A DNA stretch of 64,000 bases from Myxococcota bacterium (GTDB lineage Bacteria > Myxococcota_A > UBA9160 > UBA6930). The stretch is taken from the NCBI GenBank assembly GCA_965223705.1, contig OZ245015.1, positions 2,304,001-2,368,000 on the forward strand, read 5' to 3'. Numbering within the stretch: the stretch's first letter is position 1; every line of letters starts with the position of its first letter. Below, one piece after another: positions 1 through 10,173 of this stretch. Made by a program: the position numbers and the translations under genes. The notes under the pieces are model-generated. The model ran no database searches. It had not been told where the DNA came from and saw nothing but the letters and a program-made list of their open reading frames with translations.

Positions 1-74
1 GGCCCTCGTTGAGTGCATGATGGACGCGCCGGGCTCGACCTGACGGGCTCCGCGCCTCCGGGAGGGTCTACGCG

Positions 75-1532
75 ATGAAAAACGCTGTCCTCGTCTTTCT
101 ATTGACGGCGCTGGCCGCAGGCATGCCGGCCTCGGCCGGCGACTTCCTCATCGTCGGCGGCACGGTCGTGAATGCGGCCGGTTCGCAGCGGGCTGACGTT
201 CGCATCCGCGGCGAGTTGATCGCCGAGGTGGGCGCGCTCGAGCCGGAGGAAGGCGAGCGTGTCATCGATGCCACCGGTCGGCTCGTCTTGCCGGGCGGTA
301 TTGATCCCCACGTGCACCTGGCGCCGATCCGCGACCTCTTCACCTTTGCCGACGACTTCGAGAGCGGGTCCCGGGCGGCCCTCGCCGGGGGGATCACGAC
401 GCTCGGTGAGATGGCGTTTCCCAACGAGGGTGAGTTACCGGTCGCCACGCTCGAGCGCGAGCGCGCTCTCATCGAAGCGCAGACGATCGCCGACGTGTTC
501 GTGCATACGACCGTCATCGAGCCCAGCGATGCCGCGATCGCGAGCGTTGCCGGCCTGGTCGAAGCGGGCCAACCCTCGATCAAAATCTTCATGAACTTCG
601 AGACGTTCGAGTCGCACGAGCCCGGCTTTCTGCGACTCATCGAGCGCGCTGGCGCGCTCGGAATCCGCATCGCCATCCACTGCGAAGACCTTCACACGAT
701 GGCGCACGTCGCCAGCGCGCTCGAGGCGGAAGGCAAGACGTCGGCGAACCATTACCCCGCGAGTCGACCCGTTTTCACAGAGGAAGTCGCAACCCAGCGT
801 GCGATGACCCTCGCCGAGATGACAGGGGCCTCGCTCTATGTCGTACACCTTTCTTCGGCCCGGGCGCTCCGTGCCGTCGCCGCGGTACGCGATCGCCTTC
901 CGGTTTTCGTGGAGACGCGGCCGATCTATCTGCATCTGACCGACGAGCGTTACCGCGGCCCTGACGCCGGGCTTTTCGTCGGACAGCCCCCGATTCGTTC
1001 CGCTGCGGACCAGCGCGCGCTGTGGGAAGGAATTGTCGCCGGGACCGTCGACACCGTCGCAAGCGATCACGCTCCTTGGACGCGCGCCGAGAAGCTCGAT
1101 CCCGCGAATACGATCCTGCACCCGCGCCCGGGCGTGAACAATCTCCAGGTCATGCTCCCGATGCTCTTTTCCGACGGCGTCGTCGCCGAAAAGATCACCC
1201 GAGAGCGTTTCGTCGCCGTGACTTCGGCGAATGCCGCAAAGCTGTTTGGTCTCTATCCGCGCAAAGGTGCCGTCGCGCCCGGCTCGGACGCCGACCTCGC
1301 GGTCTGGGATCCGGGTGAAACGCGCACGATTCGCGACGCGGACGTTCTCTCGAAGACGGGGTTCTCGATCTACTCGGGGACGGAGGTCACCGGATGGCCC
1401 GTCCTCACGCTGCGACGCGGAGCGATCGTGTACGAGAACGGCAAAATCACCGCGAGTGCGGGAAGCGGTAAACTCATTCCGAGAAAGCCCATCGGGCGTC
1501 GTTCCGGTGAACCCCAGAAGGGAGCTCGATGA
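75..1532 (+). CDS. Dihydropyrimidinase/D-hydantoinase-like cyclic amidohydrolase with N-terminal signal peptide
   Basis: PGGIDPHVH metal motif, GGITT, IKIFM (carboxylated Lys position), HCED, VVHLSS, ASDHAP, GSDADL; N-terminus MKNAVLVFLLTALAAGMPASA resembles a Sec signal; GGAGG RBS upstream. Confidence 0.85.
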   Translation: MKNAVLVFLLTALAAGMPASAGDFLIVGGTVVNAAGSQRADVRIRGELIAEVGALEPEEGERVIDATGRLVLPGGIDPHVHLAPIRDLFTFADDFESGSRAALAGGITTLGEMAFPNEGELPVATLERERALIEAQTIADVFVHTTVIEPSDAAIASVAGLVEAGQPSIKIFMNFETFESHEPGFLRLIERAGALGIRIAIHCEDLHTMAHVASALEAEGKTSANHYPASRPVFTEEVATQRAMTLAEMTGASLYVVHLSSARALRAVAAVRDRLPVFVETRPIYLHLTDERYRGPDAGLFVGQPPIRSAADQRALWEGIVAGTVDTVASDHAPWTRAEKLDPANTILHPRPGVNNLQVMLPMLFSDGVVAEKITRERFVAVTSANAAKLFGLYPRKGAVAPGSDADLAVWDPGETRTIRDADVLSKTGFSIYSGTEVTGWPVLTLRRGAIVYENGKITASAGSGKLIPRKPIGRRSGEPQKGAR

Positions 1533-2218
1533 GCCAGGTCAGCACGTGTCTGGTGGTTGGCGTGGGCCCGGGCCTGGGCGCCGCGGTGGGGCGCCGGTTT
1601 GCCAAGGCAGGGCATCCGATCGCCCTTGCGGCTCGCAACGTTGCGAGGCTCGCTGAATTTGTTTCAGAGATTGAAGCCGCGGGCGGAACCGCTCGGGGTT
1701 ATGCGTGTGACGCCACGGTCGAGGCGGACGTCGCCGCGCTGTTTGAGCGGGCAGAAAAAGACCTGGGACCGGTTGGCGTCGCCGTCTACAACGCGTCTGG
1801 CCGTGTGCGCAAGCCCATCGCCGAGACATCGGTGGAGGATTTTGTCAGCAGCTGGGAGCGCTGTTGTCTCGGCGGCTTTCTCGTCGGTCGCGAAGCGGCC
1901 CGCAGCATGGAACCGCGCGGCGAAGGAACCATCCTGTTTACGGGCGCCACGGCGAGCATGAAGGGTTATCCGCAGTCGGCCACATTTGCGGTGGGCAAGT
2001 TCGGCCTGCGCGCGCTGGCCGAATCGATGGCCCGCGAACTGCATCCGAAAGGCATTCACGTCGCACACTTCAATGTCGACGGTGGTATCGGTGAAAACGA
2101 GCAGGAATCTCTTCTGCGCCCCGAGGCGATCGCCGAGACCTACTACGCGACACATGCCCAGCATCGAAGCGCGTGGTCACACAGCGTCGAGATTCGGCCT
2201 TGGGTGGAAGGATTCTGA
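1529..2218 (+). CDS. Short-chain dehydrogenase/reductase
   Basis: GVGPGLG Rossmann motif, YNA, FTGATAS, FAVGKFGLRALAES; ATGA overlap with the upstream gene. Confidence 0.85.
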   Translation: MSQVSTCLVVGVGPGLGAAVGRRFAKAGHPIALAARNVARLAEFVSEIEAAGGTARGYACDATVEADVAALFERAEKDLGPVGVAVYNASGRVRKPIAETSVEDFVSSWERCCLGGFLVGREAARSMEPRGEGTILFTGATASMKGYPQSATFAVGKFGLRALAESMARELHPKGIHVAHFNVDGGIGENEQESLLRPEAIAETYYATHAQHRSAWSHSVEIRPWVEGF

Positions 2219-2224
2219 GGAAAC

Positions 2225-3553
2225 TCAGCGACCTTGCGATTCCATATAGGCCGGGTCAAAGAGCTTTCGCTTCACTTTCTTGCTGTTCGGATGCAGGTAG
2301 AACTGCCCGATCGTGCAGCGTCCGGCCTGCACATCGAGCACAGTAAATGCTTCGAAGAATGAAGCACCGATGCCCGCGTGCTCGCTTCCTTTGTAGAAGT
2401 CCGGGTGGGCCTGTCCGACGATGTAGATCTTCCAAAGCTTCCCGGCCACGTCATAGATGTCTTCGTAGGGGACCGTAAAGGTCTGCGCGTCCATATAGAG
2501 GCGCCTTCGCGTCACCGGATGGGCTTCGTCGACAGGCGATCCGTCGAGCACATGGATCTTGCGAAGCTGCCAGTGGATCAGCGGAAAACAGCCCCCCTGC
2601 CCGCCAAACGCGACGAACTGGTACCCGTCCTTCTGGGGGGGCGGATCCGTCGCGAACTCGGTGAGCTCGCTGTGTCGATAGAAGGGCACGAGGACGTTTG
2701 CCGTGCGTACATAAGTCCATCGGTAATCCGAGATGCGACCGTTGTACCCGCCGAAGTCCTCGATCATCAGCTCGGAGCCGAGGTAGGAATCCGTCGTCTG
2801 TCCCGTAGCAAGGCGCCGGATGCGACGCGTCGAGCCCAAGTACATCCACGCGTCGTCGCGCTTCTTGTCGTCGATATAGCGATGCATCAACAGCTGCGTG
2901 CCGCGGAGCTCGAAGGGCTCGCGCACGTTCAAGTAGAGCGAGCGCAAGATCTTGTGCTTGTTGGGCTTGAGTTCCGGCTTGGGCTCCGTGTCGACCCGAC
3001 CCATCACGTTGAGCAGGTGCCCTTCGAGCTCGATCCGCCGGTCGATGGTCCCGTCGGACATGTGCTTGTAGGTCCAGTACATCGGGTCGACGCTCAGGGC
3101 GTCGCCTGCGGCATAGCCGTATTGATAGTTCCAAATGAGTTTCTCGCCCGCGCGGGGATCGTCGGACGCCGGTTCCTCGGGGAAAGGACGGCCCGCGACG
3201 AAGCCGCTGATGTCGCCCGGTTCGGGCCCCAACTGGACCTTCCCCAACTGCTCGAGCGTCGCCTGTTTGTAGTTCTCCGAGATGTCGATCGAAAAGGTCG
3301 GCCGCGTTTCGAGTACGTAGCCACCATCCCCGACAATCCCGGCCAGGCCCTCCGGGACGGCATCGATGAAGGAAGCGAGGTTCGACGCGTCTACGGCCAC
3401 ACCGGGCGTGTAGCCGGGCATCGTGGGCGGTCCGTCGATGTAGGGGGAAAACGCATTCTGGATGATGTCGTCCGCCTGATCGGCCCGCGCAATTCCGGCG
3501 GCGGCCAAGACGAGAGCGACGAGCAGCAGCGAGCGCGTCGAAGTTCGGATCAT
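2225..3553 (-). CDS. DUF1329-family exported protein (lipoprotein-sorting-like fold)
   Basis: Start re-assigned to ATG 3553 (MIRTSTRSLLLVALVLAAAGIARA signal peptide; overlaps the RND stop). G-x-PFP, KLIWN, DDAWMYLGSTRRIRRL and YDVAGKLWK motifs; typical context after YCF48 and RND. Confidence 0.8.
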   Translation of the reverse strand: MIRTSTRSLLLVALVLAAAGIARADQADDIIQNAFSPYIDGPPTMPGYTPGVAVDASNLASFIDAVPEGLAGIVGDGGYVLETRPTFSIDISENYKQATLEQLGKVQLGPEPGDISGFVAGRPFPEEPASDDPRAGEKLIWNYQYGYAAGDALSVDPMYWTYKHMSDGTIDRRIELEGHLLNVMGRVDTEPKPELKPNKHKILRSLYLNVREPFELRGTQLLMHRYIDDKKRDDAWMYLGSTRRIRRLATGQTTDSYLGSELMIEDFGGYNGRISDYRWTYVRTANVLVPFYRHSELTEFATDPPPQKDGYQFVAFGGQGGCFPLIHWQLRKIHVLDGSPVDEAHPVTRRRLYMDAQTFTVPYEDIYDVAGKLWKIYIVGQAHPDFYKGSEHAGIGASFFEAFTVLDVQAGRCTIGQFYLHPNSKKVKRKLFDPAYMESQGR

Positions 3554-5931
3554 CGAGGATTCTCCTGTTTCGCAGTCTCGGATCGTACGAAGCGAGGCTT
3601 CGCAACCGTGATCCAGGCCGGCACGAACAATAGAGCGGCCAGCATATTGAAGATCATCATCGCGATCAGTAGCTGCGCGGCGTCGGCCTGGAAGCGCAGC
3701 GTTGAACCGACGACCCAAGCGGCGACGCCGCACACCAACGTCGCCGCGGTGAAGGTGATCGCCAAGCCGGTGGTCGAGAGGGCGAGGCGCACGGCGTCCG
3801 CCACAGTTGCAGCGCCGTCACCCATTTCTCGCCGGACTCGATCCATCAAGTAGATCGCGTAGTCGATCCCGATTCCGATGCCGACACCCACGACCGAAAC
3901 GGTGTTCAAGTTCATCGAAATGCCCGCGAACCGCATGTACGCGTGAGTCAGCACCGTGGCGAGGAGCATCGTCATGAGCATCAGCCATGCGGCGTGGAAG
4001 GATCGGTAGAAAAGGAGCACCGAGCAGAACACGAATCCGAGGACAGCCGGGACGATGCGCCAGCTCGACGTGCGGATCTCTTCGTTGATGGCCGCTGTGA
4101 CACCGACGATTCCCGCGGCCAGCTGGATCTCGAGGCCTGGGACCTCCGCCTCAGGGGATTCCACCCACGCGCGGGCGCGTTCGACCAGACGCCGGACCGT
4201 GCCGGCGCGGTAGTCCGTCGCGAAGAAACGAACGTTCGTCTCCTGTTGCGGGGAGTCGATCAGGTGGCGCAGGGCGTCGGGGATCGCGGCGGTGAACACG
4301 TAGGAATAGATCAGTGTCCCGGTGTCGTCGCTGTTCTCGGGCAGCTGGGCATAGCGCGGATCGTCATTGCGGGTGTACCGATGGAGAAGCCGTACGAACT
4401 GCGGCAGATCGAACCCGGCGACGACGGCGGGGTCTTCGAGCATGTACTGGGAGAGCGCTTCGATTGCCTCGAGGACTTCGAGTCGCCGCAACCCCTCGGG
4501 CTCCTCGGTCCGGGCGACGAGGTAAAGAGGCGCCGTCCCTTCGAACTGCCCGGCGATCGCTGCAGCAGACCGATTGTAGTCGTGGGACGGATACAGGAGA
4601 GACGAGCCCGGCTCCGTCTCCCCCACTTCGAGCCCGAGGCTGTACACGGCCGACAGGACGAATGCGACGCCACAGGCGACGAGGATCGCCCGCGCCGTCG
4701 CGGCTTGGGTGAGCCAGCGGCCCCAAGCCGGCATCGCGCGGCGCAGAACCGTCGCAAGATGTCCTCCACCCGGAGGAGGCAGCCAAGAGAGGAGGAGCGG
4801 AACGACGAGCAGGCCACTGACCGAGATCGACAACGCCCAAAACGCGCCGTAGCCCGCGAGCTTGTCGTTCAAGGGGATGTCGCTCAGCGCGATCAACGCG
4901 ATACCCGCAGCGTCGCCGACGATGGCGAGCAATCCGGGCGTCAGCAGATCCTCGAAGGCCGCGGCGGCGGCCGCTTTCGACTCGCCGTGGTGAACGAACT
5001 CCTCGCGGAATCGCTCGAGCATCTGGACCGCATGGGAGAGCGCGCGAGCGGACACGAGGAACGGAATCACCAACGTCAGCGGATTGATTCCCTGCCCCAA
5101 GAACCCCAGGTAACCGAGGCCCCAACAAGCCGAAATCGACGCGGCGAGAAGCGGGAGAAACACGCCCACCGGATGGTAAAAGTGACCGACCAGGAGCAGT
5201 GTCATGATCCCCAGCGTGAAGAGCATGACGACGCCTGCTTCGGGCAAGTAGCCGATCGCCCACCCCATCAGCACGGAGGGCCCCACCGCGTGAATCGCAA
5301 CGCCGGGCGCGCTCTCCTCGGCACGAACGGTCTGCAGCGCTGCGAACGTTTCCTCGACGTCGAGGTCGATCTCGTTCAGTTGGGCGTGAATTAGCGCTGT
5401 CGAGAAATCGTAGGAGACCAGCACCCCGAACACTTCGGGGTTCGAGGAGATACTCGACCGCAATTCTTCGAGCTGTTCCGGGCGGAGTGCCGGTGCGCGG
5501 GGGTTGTAGTACGGCCGGGAGATCAGGTTGCCGTCGGGCGTCACGAACGTGTTGCGGACGTTGCGGTGTGTGAGGCTGCGCAACAGATTGTGATCGACGC
5601 CGGGAATGGCGTCGATTCGGCGCGTGATGCGATCGAGCCGAGCGAGTCCTTCGTTCGTCAGGAGACCGCCGGGCTCGAGCTCGACCGCCGCCAAGATGAC
5701 GTTCGCACCGCCAAAGGTGTCGCGAATGCGGTTGTGGAGTTCGATCGAAGGATGGCCCGCCGGAAGGAGATCCGAAAAGCTCGATTCGAGATACAACCGC
5801 GGGATTTGCGACGCGAAGACGAGGGTCGCCGCGGCGATGACCAGGAGGACGGCGCGCGGGGCGCGGAACACCAGAGTGGTGACGCGCGCCGACCAACGCG
5901 CGCGCGCATCGGTCGAGGAAGGGGCACTCAT
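3550..5931 (-). CDS. RND/MMPL-family transporter
   Basis: 793 aa, two halves each with a large loop plus a TM bundle, FGGAN, GIGIDYAIY motif. Confidence 0.9.
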   Translation of the reverse strand: MSAPSSTDARARWSARVTTLVFRAPRAVLLVIAAATLVFASQIPRLYLESSFSDLLPAGHPSIELHNRIRDTFGGANVILAAVELEPGGLLTNEGLARLDRITRRIDAIPGVDHNLLRSLTHRNVRNTFVTPDGNLISRPYYNPRAPALRPEQLEELRSSISSNPEVFGVLVSYDFSTALIHAQLNEIDLDVEETFAALQTVRAEESAPGVAIHAVGPSVLMGWAIGYLPEAGVVMLFTLGIMTLLLVGHFYHPVGVFLPLLAASISACWGLGYLGFLGQGINPLTLVIPFLVSARALSHAVQMLERFREEFVHHGESKAAAAAAFEDLLTPGLLAIVGDAAGIALIALSDIPLNDKLAGYGAFWALSISVSGLLVVPLLLSWLPPPGGGHLATVLRRAMPAWGRWLTQAATARAILVACGVAFVLSAVYSLGLEVGETEPGSSLLYPSHDYNRSAAAIAGQFEGTAPLYLVARTEEPEGLRRLEVLEAIEALSQYMLEDPAVVAGFDLPQFVRLLHRYTRNDDPRYAQLPENSDDTGTLIYSYVFTAAIPDALRHLIDSPQQETNVRFFATDYRAGTVRRLVERARAWVESPEAEVPGLEIQLAAGIVGVTAAINEEIRTSSWRIVPAVLGFVFCSVLLFYRSFHAAWLMLMTMLLATVLTHAYMRFAGISMNLNTVSVVGVGIGIGIDYAIYLMDRVRREMGDGAATVADAVRLALSTTGLAITFTAATLVCGVAAWVVGSTLRFQADAAQLLIAMMIFNMLAALLFVPAWITVAKPRFVRSETAKQENPR

Positions 5932-6968
5932 GGACTCGATCCCGCGTCCGCGCTCGAGGCGTTCAGCCGAACCAAGCCCGCGGAACCCACGGCGAACAAA
6001 GGGCCCTCGGCGGGTCGCGTGAGACCGCGGAGATCGTGCGCGACGCCGCGACGCGGGCTCGCGAGCAGCCGCTTCCAGCGCGGCGGTGTGCCTTCTTGGC
6101 GTCGACTGGCGAAGCCGCCGGCGCCCACGATCACCATCGCCCCCTCACCCCGCGAGATGCCGTAGACCGCGCCGGAGAACTGCGTCTCCTCCTGGACCCA
6201 CTGCTCCGCGCCGGCGTCGAGCCGGAAGACCGCGCCGGTATTGCCGACGACCCACGTCCGACCATCGGGGGCGAACGCCGCTGCGTGGGGATAGAGATCG
6301 CCCTCGACCGAGGGACCGATGCGCCATTCCTTTCCGCCGTCGTCCGTCGCGAGAAACGTGCCGAATTCGCCGACGACGCGAACGCGGTCGACGCCGATCA
6401 GGCCGACCGCCGTCAGCAGGCGATCGCTGCGGTCGTCGAATACACGCCTCCAGCGATTTCCACGATCGTCGCTGCGCAAAACCGTGCTGTACTCGCCGAC
6501 CGCCCACAGGTCCCCGGTCGGCCCGCAGTGGAGGTCGAGAAGTCGCGCGCCTGCCGGTCGGTTTTCCGGGTCGTTCTGGATCGGCCGTCTCTCCCACGGC
6601 GCGTCCCGCGAGCTCCGTCCCCACAACCCGCTCCGAAAGTCCAACAGGAGGAAGCGACCGTCGGGGCACACGGTGAGAGCGATGAAAGGTGGGCGGCCGG
6701 GGAGCTCGGTCCGCTCGAACCGTTGACCGCCGTCGATCGACTCCAGCACGAGGCCTTTCGAGCCCACGGCCACGAGGCGTTTCCCGTCCCGCGCGATGGC
6801 TTGGAGCGCGTCGGCCGGCGCAGCCACCGCGAGATGCTCTCGTGCAGGGAGTTCGCGCGGACGTTCGGCTGCCGCGACTGTCACGAGTAGGACAGAGCCC
6901 AGCGCGATGGCAGCGTACCGGGCCCCCCGCGGCGTACGCGCAAAACGACAAAATCGACGCGTATCCAA
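5928..6968 (-). CDS. YCF48-like/BNR-repeat beta-propeller exported protein
   Basis: Repeated AVG-x-x-G-x-x-x-x-S/T-x-DGG-x-x-W (Asp-box) units and a hydrophobic N-terminus; first gene of the YCF48-RND-DUF1329 operon. Confidence 0.8.
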   Translation of the reverse strand: MDTRRFCRFARTPRGARYAAIALGSVLLVTVAAAERPRELPAREHLAVAAPADALQAIARDGKRLVAVGSKGLVLESIDGGQRFERTELPGRPPFIALTVCPDGRFLLLDFRSGLWGRSSRDAPWERRPIQNDPENRPAGARLLDLHCGPTGDLWAVGEYSTVLRSDDRGNRWRRVFDDRSDRLLTAVGLIGVDRVRVVGEFGTFLATDDGGKEWRIGPSVEGDLYPHAAAFAPDGRTWVVGNTGAVFRLDAGAEQWVQEETQFSGAVYGISRGEGAMVIVGAGGFASRRQEGTPPRWKRLLASPRRGVAHDLRGLTRPAEGPLFAVGSAGLVRLNASSADAGSSP

Positions 6969-7025
6969 GGGGTGGTCCTGGGCTCCTCGAGTGGGACGAT
7001 GCGGCCTCCGATCCTACACGAACTC

Positions 7026-8012
7026 TCACTCCGCTGTGGAAACCCGCGGGGGGTCGGGAGCGGGATTTCTAGGCTCCCGGACCGCGCGGTCCGAGGCGAT
7101 CACGAGGTAGACGACAGCGGAGAGCACGACGGCTCCGCCGATGAGTGTGCCTCCGCTCGGCACTTCACCGGGCCAGATCCACACCCACAGCGGTGTGAGC
7201 ACGATCTCCGAGAGGTTCAACAACGACACCTGGGCCGTCGGCACCGAGCGGTGCCCGATGTTGTACAGGGGCAGCCCGAGCCCGAGAGCGATCCCGCCGG
7301 CGGCGAACGCGAGAAGGAAGTCTTTCGCGCTGTACGCGAGACCCACCGTCGCGAACGAGACCCATCCCGCCCCGATCAGAATGGCGACCCCGGCGATGAT
7401 CGCGGGTTGTAGTGGATCCGCCTGATGCCCACCCGACCGGATCAAGACGTTGTAGAGCCCCAGCATCACCGGGATGGCGGCGGCGAAAATCACGCCGCTC
7501 GTCTGCCCGGCCTCGATTCCGGATCCCACCATGACGGCGACACCGACCGCCGCCACCGCCATCGCACCCAGTGTGAGGAGAGAAACGCTTTCGCCGAGGA
7601 AGACGCGTCCAAAGAACGCCCCGAAAAATGGAGCCGCGGGCAGCATGAAGATCGTGAGCGCCGCGGTCGTTCTCGCCAGCGCCAGAACAAAACACACGGC
7701 CATCGCGGCCATCAACAGGCCCGCGACGATCGTGCGCCCACCCAACGAAACGCGGGCCACATCCGCTCTCCGTCGTCGAATCCAAGCCACGCACAACAGA
7801 ACCAGCGCCGCGGATCCGCCGCGAACAGTCAGGAACTGCCAATCATTGGCGTGTTCGAGGGCTCTGAAGAAGATGGCCGTGAAGCTGAACAGGACCCCCG
7901 CGGTGAGGACCGAGATCGCTCCCTGCCGATACGTGAGGTCAACCGTCACCGCGCGAACGATCGCGAGAAGGTTTGGATCATCCACCCGTTTTACGCCGAA
8001 CCCCGTGTCCAT
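7026..8012 (-). CDS. DMT/EamA-family transporter
   Basis: About 10 TM segments, FFGRVFLGESV and EIVLTPLWVWIWPGEVP EamA signatures. Confidence 0.85.
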   Translation of the reverse strand: MDTGFGVKRVDDPNLLAIVRAVTVDLTYRQGAISVLTAGVLFSFTAIFFRALEHANDWQFLTVRGGSAALVLLCVAWIRRRRADVARVSLGGRTIVAGLLMAAMAVCFVLALARTTAALTIFMLPAAPFFGAFFGRVFLGESVSLLTLGAMAVAAVGVAVMVGSGIEAGQTSGVIFAAAIPVMLGLYNVLIRSGGHQADPLQPAIIAGVAILIGAGWVSFATVGLAYSAKDFLLAFAAGGIALGLGLPLYNIGHRSVPTAQVSLLNLSEIVLTPLWVWIWPGEVPSGGTLIGGAVVLSAVVYLVIASDRAVREPRNPAPDPPRVSTAE

Positions 8013-8073
8013 GGGAAGCGCTCGTTCGGGCGCTCGTTGCGCATGCTCGGCGCCCCGTCATATAGTGGAAACG

Positions 8074-9102
8074 ATGTCTTCACAACTCGAATTCGGAATG
8101 TTCGACTGGCTCGATCGAGGGACGGGCTCTACCGGTGAACTCTACGAATCCCGCATGGCGCTCATCGAGCGGGCCGATCGGGCGGGTTTCTACGGCTACC
8201 ACCTGGCAGAGCATCACGCGACACCGCTCGGCATGGCGCCCTCACCGTCTGTCTTTTTCTCCGCGGTGGCACAGCGGACGAGCCAGATCCGCTTCAGCCC
8301 GATGGCCTACCTCCTCCCCCTCTACCACCCGCTGCGGCTCGTCGAAGAGATCTGCATGCTCGATCATCTTTCCGGCGGACGTGTGGAAGTCGGTGTGAGT
8401 CGCGGCGTCTCGCCCCATGAGATCGGCTGCTACGCCGTCGAGCCCGAAGAGACGCGTGAAATCTTCACCGAAACCCTGGCGATCTATCGGGCGGCCATGT
8501 GCGAGCCCGTCCTCAATCACGTCGGAAAACACTTCCAATTCAAAGACGTGCCGATGGAGATCGAGCCGCTCCAGCGGCCCTACCCGCCCCTCTGGTACCC
8601 GTCGTTCAGCGAAGCGGGCGTGCAATACGCGGCGGAGCACGGGTTTCATTTCATGAGCCTCGGGCCACCGTCGCTCGTAGCCCACCTGATGGGCCGCTAC
8701 CGCGAGATTTCCGCGCAGCATGCCGATCGGACCGATCGCATCAACGGTCATGTCACCCAACCCAAGCTCGGCGCGATGCGACAGATCTTTGTCGCCGATT
8801 CCGACGAAGCGGCGATGGCGATCGCCGAGCCGGCCTACGCGGATTGGTACAAGTCGATTCTCAAGCTCTGGCACCGTCGCAGTGACAACTCCTACGACGG
8901 ATTTTTCGATTGGGAGAGTTGCCTCGGCGGAGAGACGGTGCTGATCGGTTCCGTCGCGACCGTCCGTGAGCAGATTGAGAAGCTCGTCGAGGAGAGCGGC
9001 ATCAACTACTTCGTCGGGTCCTTCGCTTGGGGCTCTCTCAGTCACGAGCAGAGCATGGGGTCTCTCGAACGGTTCATCGACGAGATCGTTCCCGCCCTCT
9101 AA
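8074..9102 (+). CDS. Luciferase-like (LLM) flavin-dependent oxidoreductase
   Basis: Start re-assigned to ATG 8074 (MSSQLEFGMFDW); GFYGYHLAEHH, PLRLVEEICMLDHLSGGRVEVG, PLQRPYPPLW. Confidence 0.9.
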   Translation: MSSQLEFGMFDWLDRGTGSTGELYESRMALIERADRAGFYGYHLAEHHATPLGMAPSPSVFFSAVAQRTSQIRFSPMAYLLPLYHPLRLVEEICMLDHLSGGRVEVGVSRGVSPHEIGCYAVEPEETREIFTETLAIYRAAMCEPVLNHVGKHFQFKDVPMEIEPLQRPYPPLWYPSFSEAGVQYAAEHGFHFMSLGPPSLVAHLMGRYREISAQHADRTDRINGHVTQPKLGAMRQIFVADSDEAAMAIAEPAYADWYKSILKLWHRRSDNSYDGFFDWESCLGGETVLIGSVATVREQIEKLVEESGINYFVGSFAWGSLSHEQSMGSLERFIDEIVPAL

Positions 9103-9115
9103 CCCGGAGCTTGTC

Positions 9116-10147
9116 ATGGCGCGCTTGCGAAATGCCGTCATCGGTAGCTATCCCCAACCCGCCTGGTTGGTGGATCGGGAACGACTCATCGAAAAGGTCG
9201 TCCCGCGCGTCCGCGCACAGGATATCTGGCGGGTGCCCGAGCCCTTTCTCGAAGAAGCCCAGAACGACGCAACGCTCCTCGCCATCCGCGACCAAGAGCG
9301 CGCGGGCCTCGAAGAGATCACCGATGGCGAGATGCGGCGGGAGAGTTACTCGAACCGCTTCGGAACCGCCCTCTCGGGTGTCGATATCGAGGACCCCGTG
9401 GTGGTCGAGGTCCAGAATCTAACCATGCGCCTTCCGCGCATCGTCGGTCCCCTCGGCCGGCCGCATCCCGTTGAGGTCGACGATCTCATGTTCTTGCGGG
9501 CCAACACCGATCGAAGGACGAAGATCACGCTGCCAGGTCCCTTCACCCTCAGCAAACAAGCGAACGACGAGCACTACAAAGATCCCGAGGCCTTGGCGAT
9601 GGCCTACGCCGAGCTCGTGAACCAGGAGGCACGGGACCTCGAGGCGGCGGGGGCCGACGTGATTCAGCTCGACGAACCCTGGCTGCGACAGGATCCCGAC
9701 GGCGCGAACCGCTACGCCGTCGCCGCAATCAACCGGGCTCTCGAAGGCCTTCGCGTGGAGACGGCGATCCACCTGTGTTTTGGGTACGGCTTCGTGGTCG
9801 GACCCGACAAACCCAAAGCGTACGCGTTCCTCGACGGATTGGCGGATTGCGCTGTCAATCAAATCTCGGTGGAGGCCGCGCAAGCGCAGCTCGATCTCGG
9901 CGTCTTCAAGCACCTATCGACCAAGACGATTTTGCTGGGCGTCTTGGATCTCTCGAACAACCGTGTCGAAGCGGACGAGGTCATCGCCTCCCGAATCCGG
10001 AGCGCACTTCCCTTCGTACCGCCGGAGCGGCTGGTCCCCTCGCCCGACTGCGGGATGAAATATCTGAGCCGAGAGGCCGCGTTCGGGAAGCTCTGCGCGC
10101 TGGTACGCGCGACTGAGATCGTGAACCGCGAAATCGACGCCGCGTAG
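9116..10147 (+). CDS. Cobalamin-independent methionine synthase II family (single MetE catalytic domain)
   Basis: IGSYPQP, TDGEMRRESY, IQLDEP, Zn ligands HLCFG and PDCGMK; start ATG 9116. Confidence 0.85.
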   Translation: MARLRNAVIGSYPQPAWLVDRERLIEKVVPRVRAQDIWRVPEPFLEEAQNDATLLAIRDQERAGLEEITDGEMRRESYSNRFGTALSGVDIEDPVVVEVQNLTMRLPRIVGPLGRPHPVEVDDLMFLRANTDRRTKITLPGPFTLSKQANDEHYKDPEALAMAYAELVNQEARDLEAAGADVIQLDEPWLRQDPDGANRYAVAAINRALEGLRVETAIHLCFGYGFVVGPDKPKAYAFLDGLADCAVNQISVEAAQAQLDLGVFKHLSTKTILLGVLDLSNNRVEADEVIASRIRSALPFVPPERLVPSPDCGMKYLSREAAFGKLCALVRATEIVNREIDAA

Positions 10148-10173
10148 GGTCTCCGAACGGCAGACCGAGGCAT

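Noticed and set aside
2378..5896. Long alternative ORFs 2378-3853 (+), 3943-5394 (+), 2451-3605 (-), 4364-5896 (-)
   Set aside because: Antisense or frame shadows of the DUF1329 and RND genes; Arg/Pro-rich or motif-less, as expected in high-GC DNA
7474..8073. N-terminal extensions in the ORF track (LLM from 7474, nitrilase from 52617, GlxA from 45346, EutB from 32052, AhpD from 46950) suggesting fusion proteins
   Set aside because: The extensions overlap neighbouring real genes; internal starts with RBS or stop-start coupling explain the true proteins
9116..10147. Full-length metE or epoxyalkane:CoM transferase
   Set aside because: Only a single domain of about 343 aa, with no alkene monooxygenase or CoM genes nearby, so no specific function can be assigned
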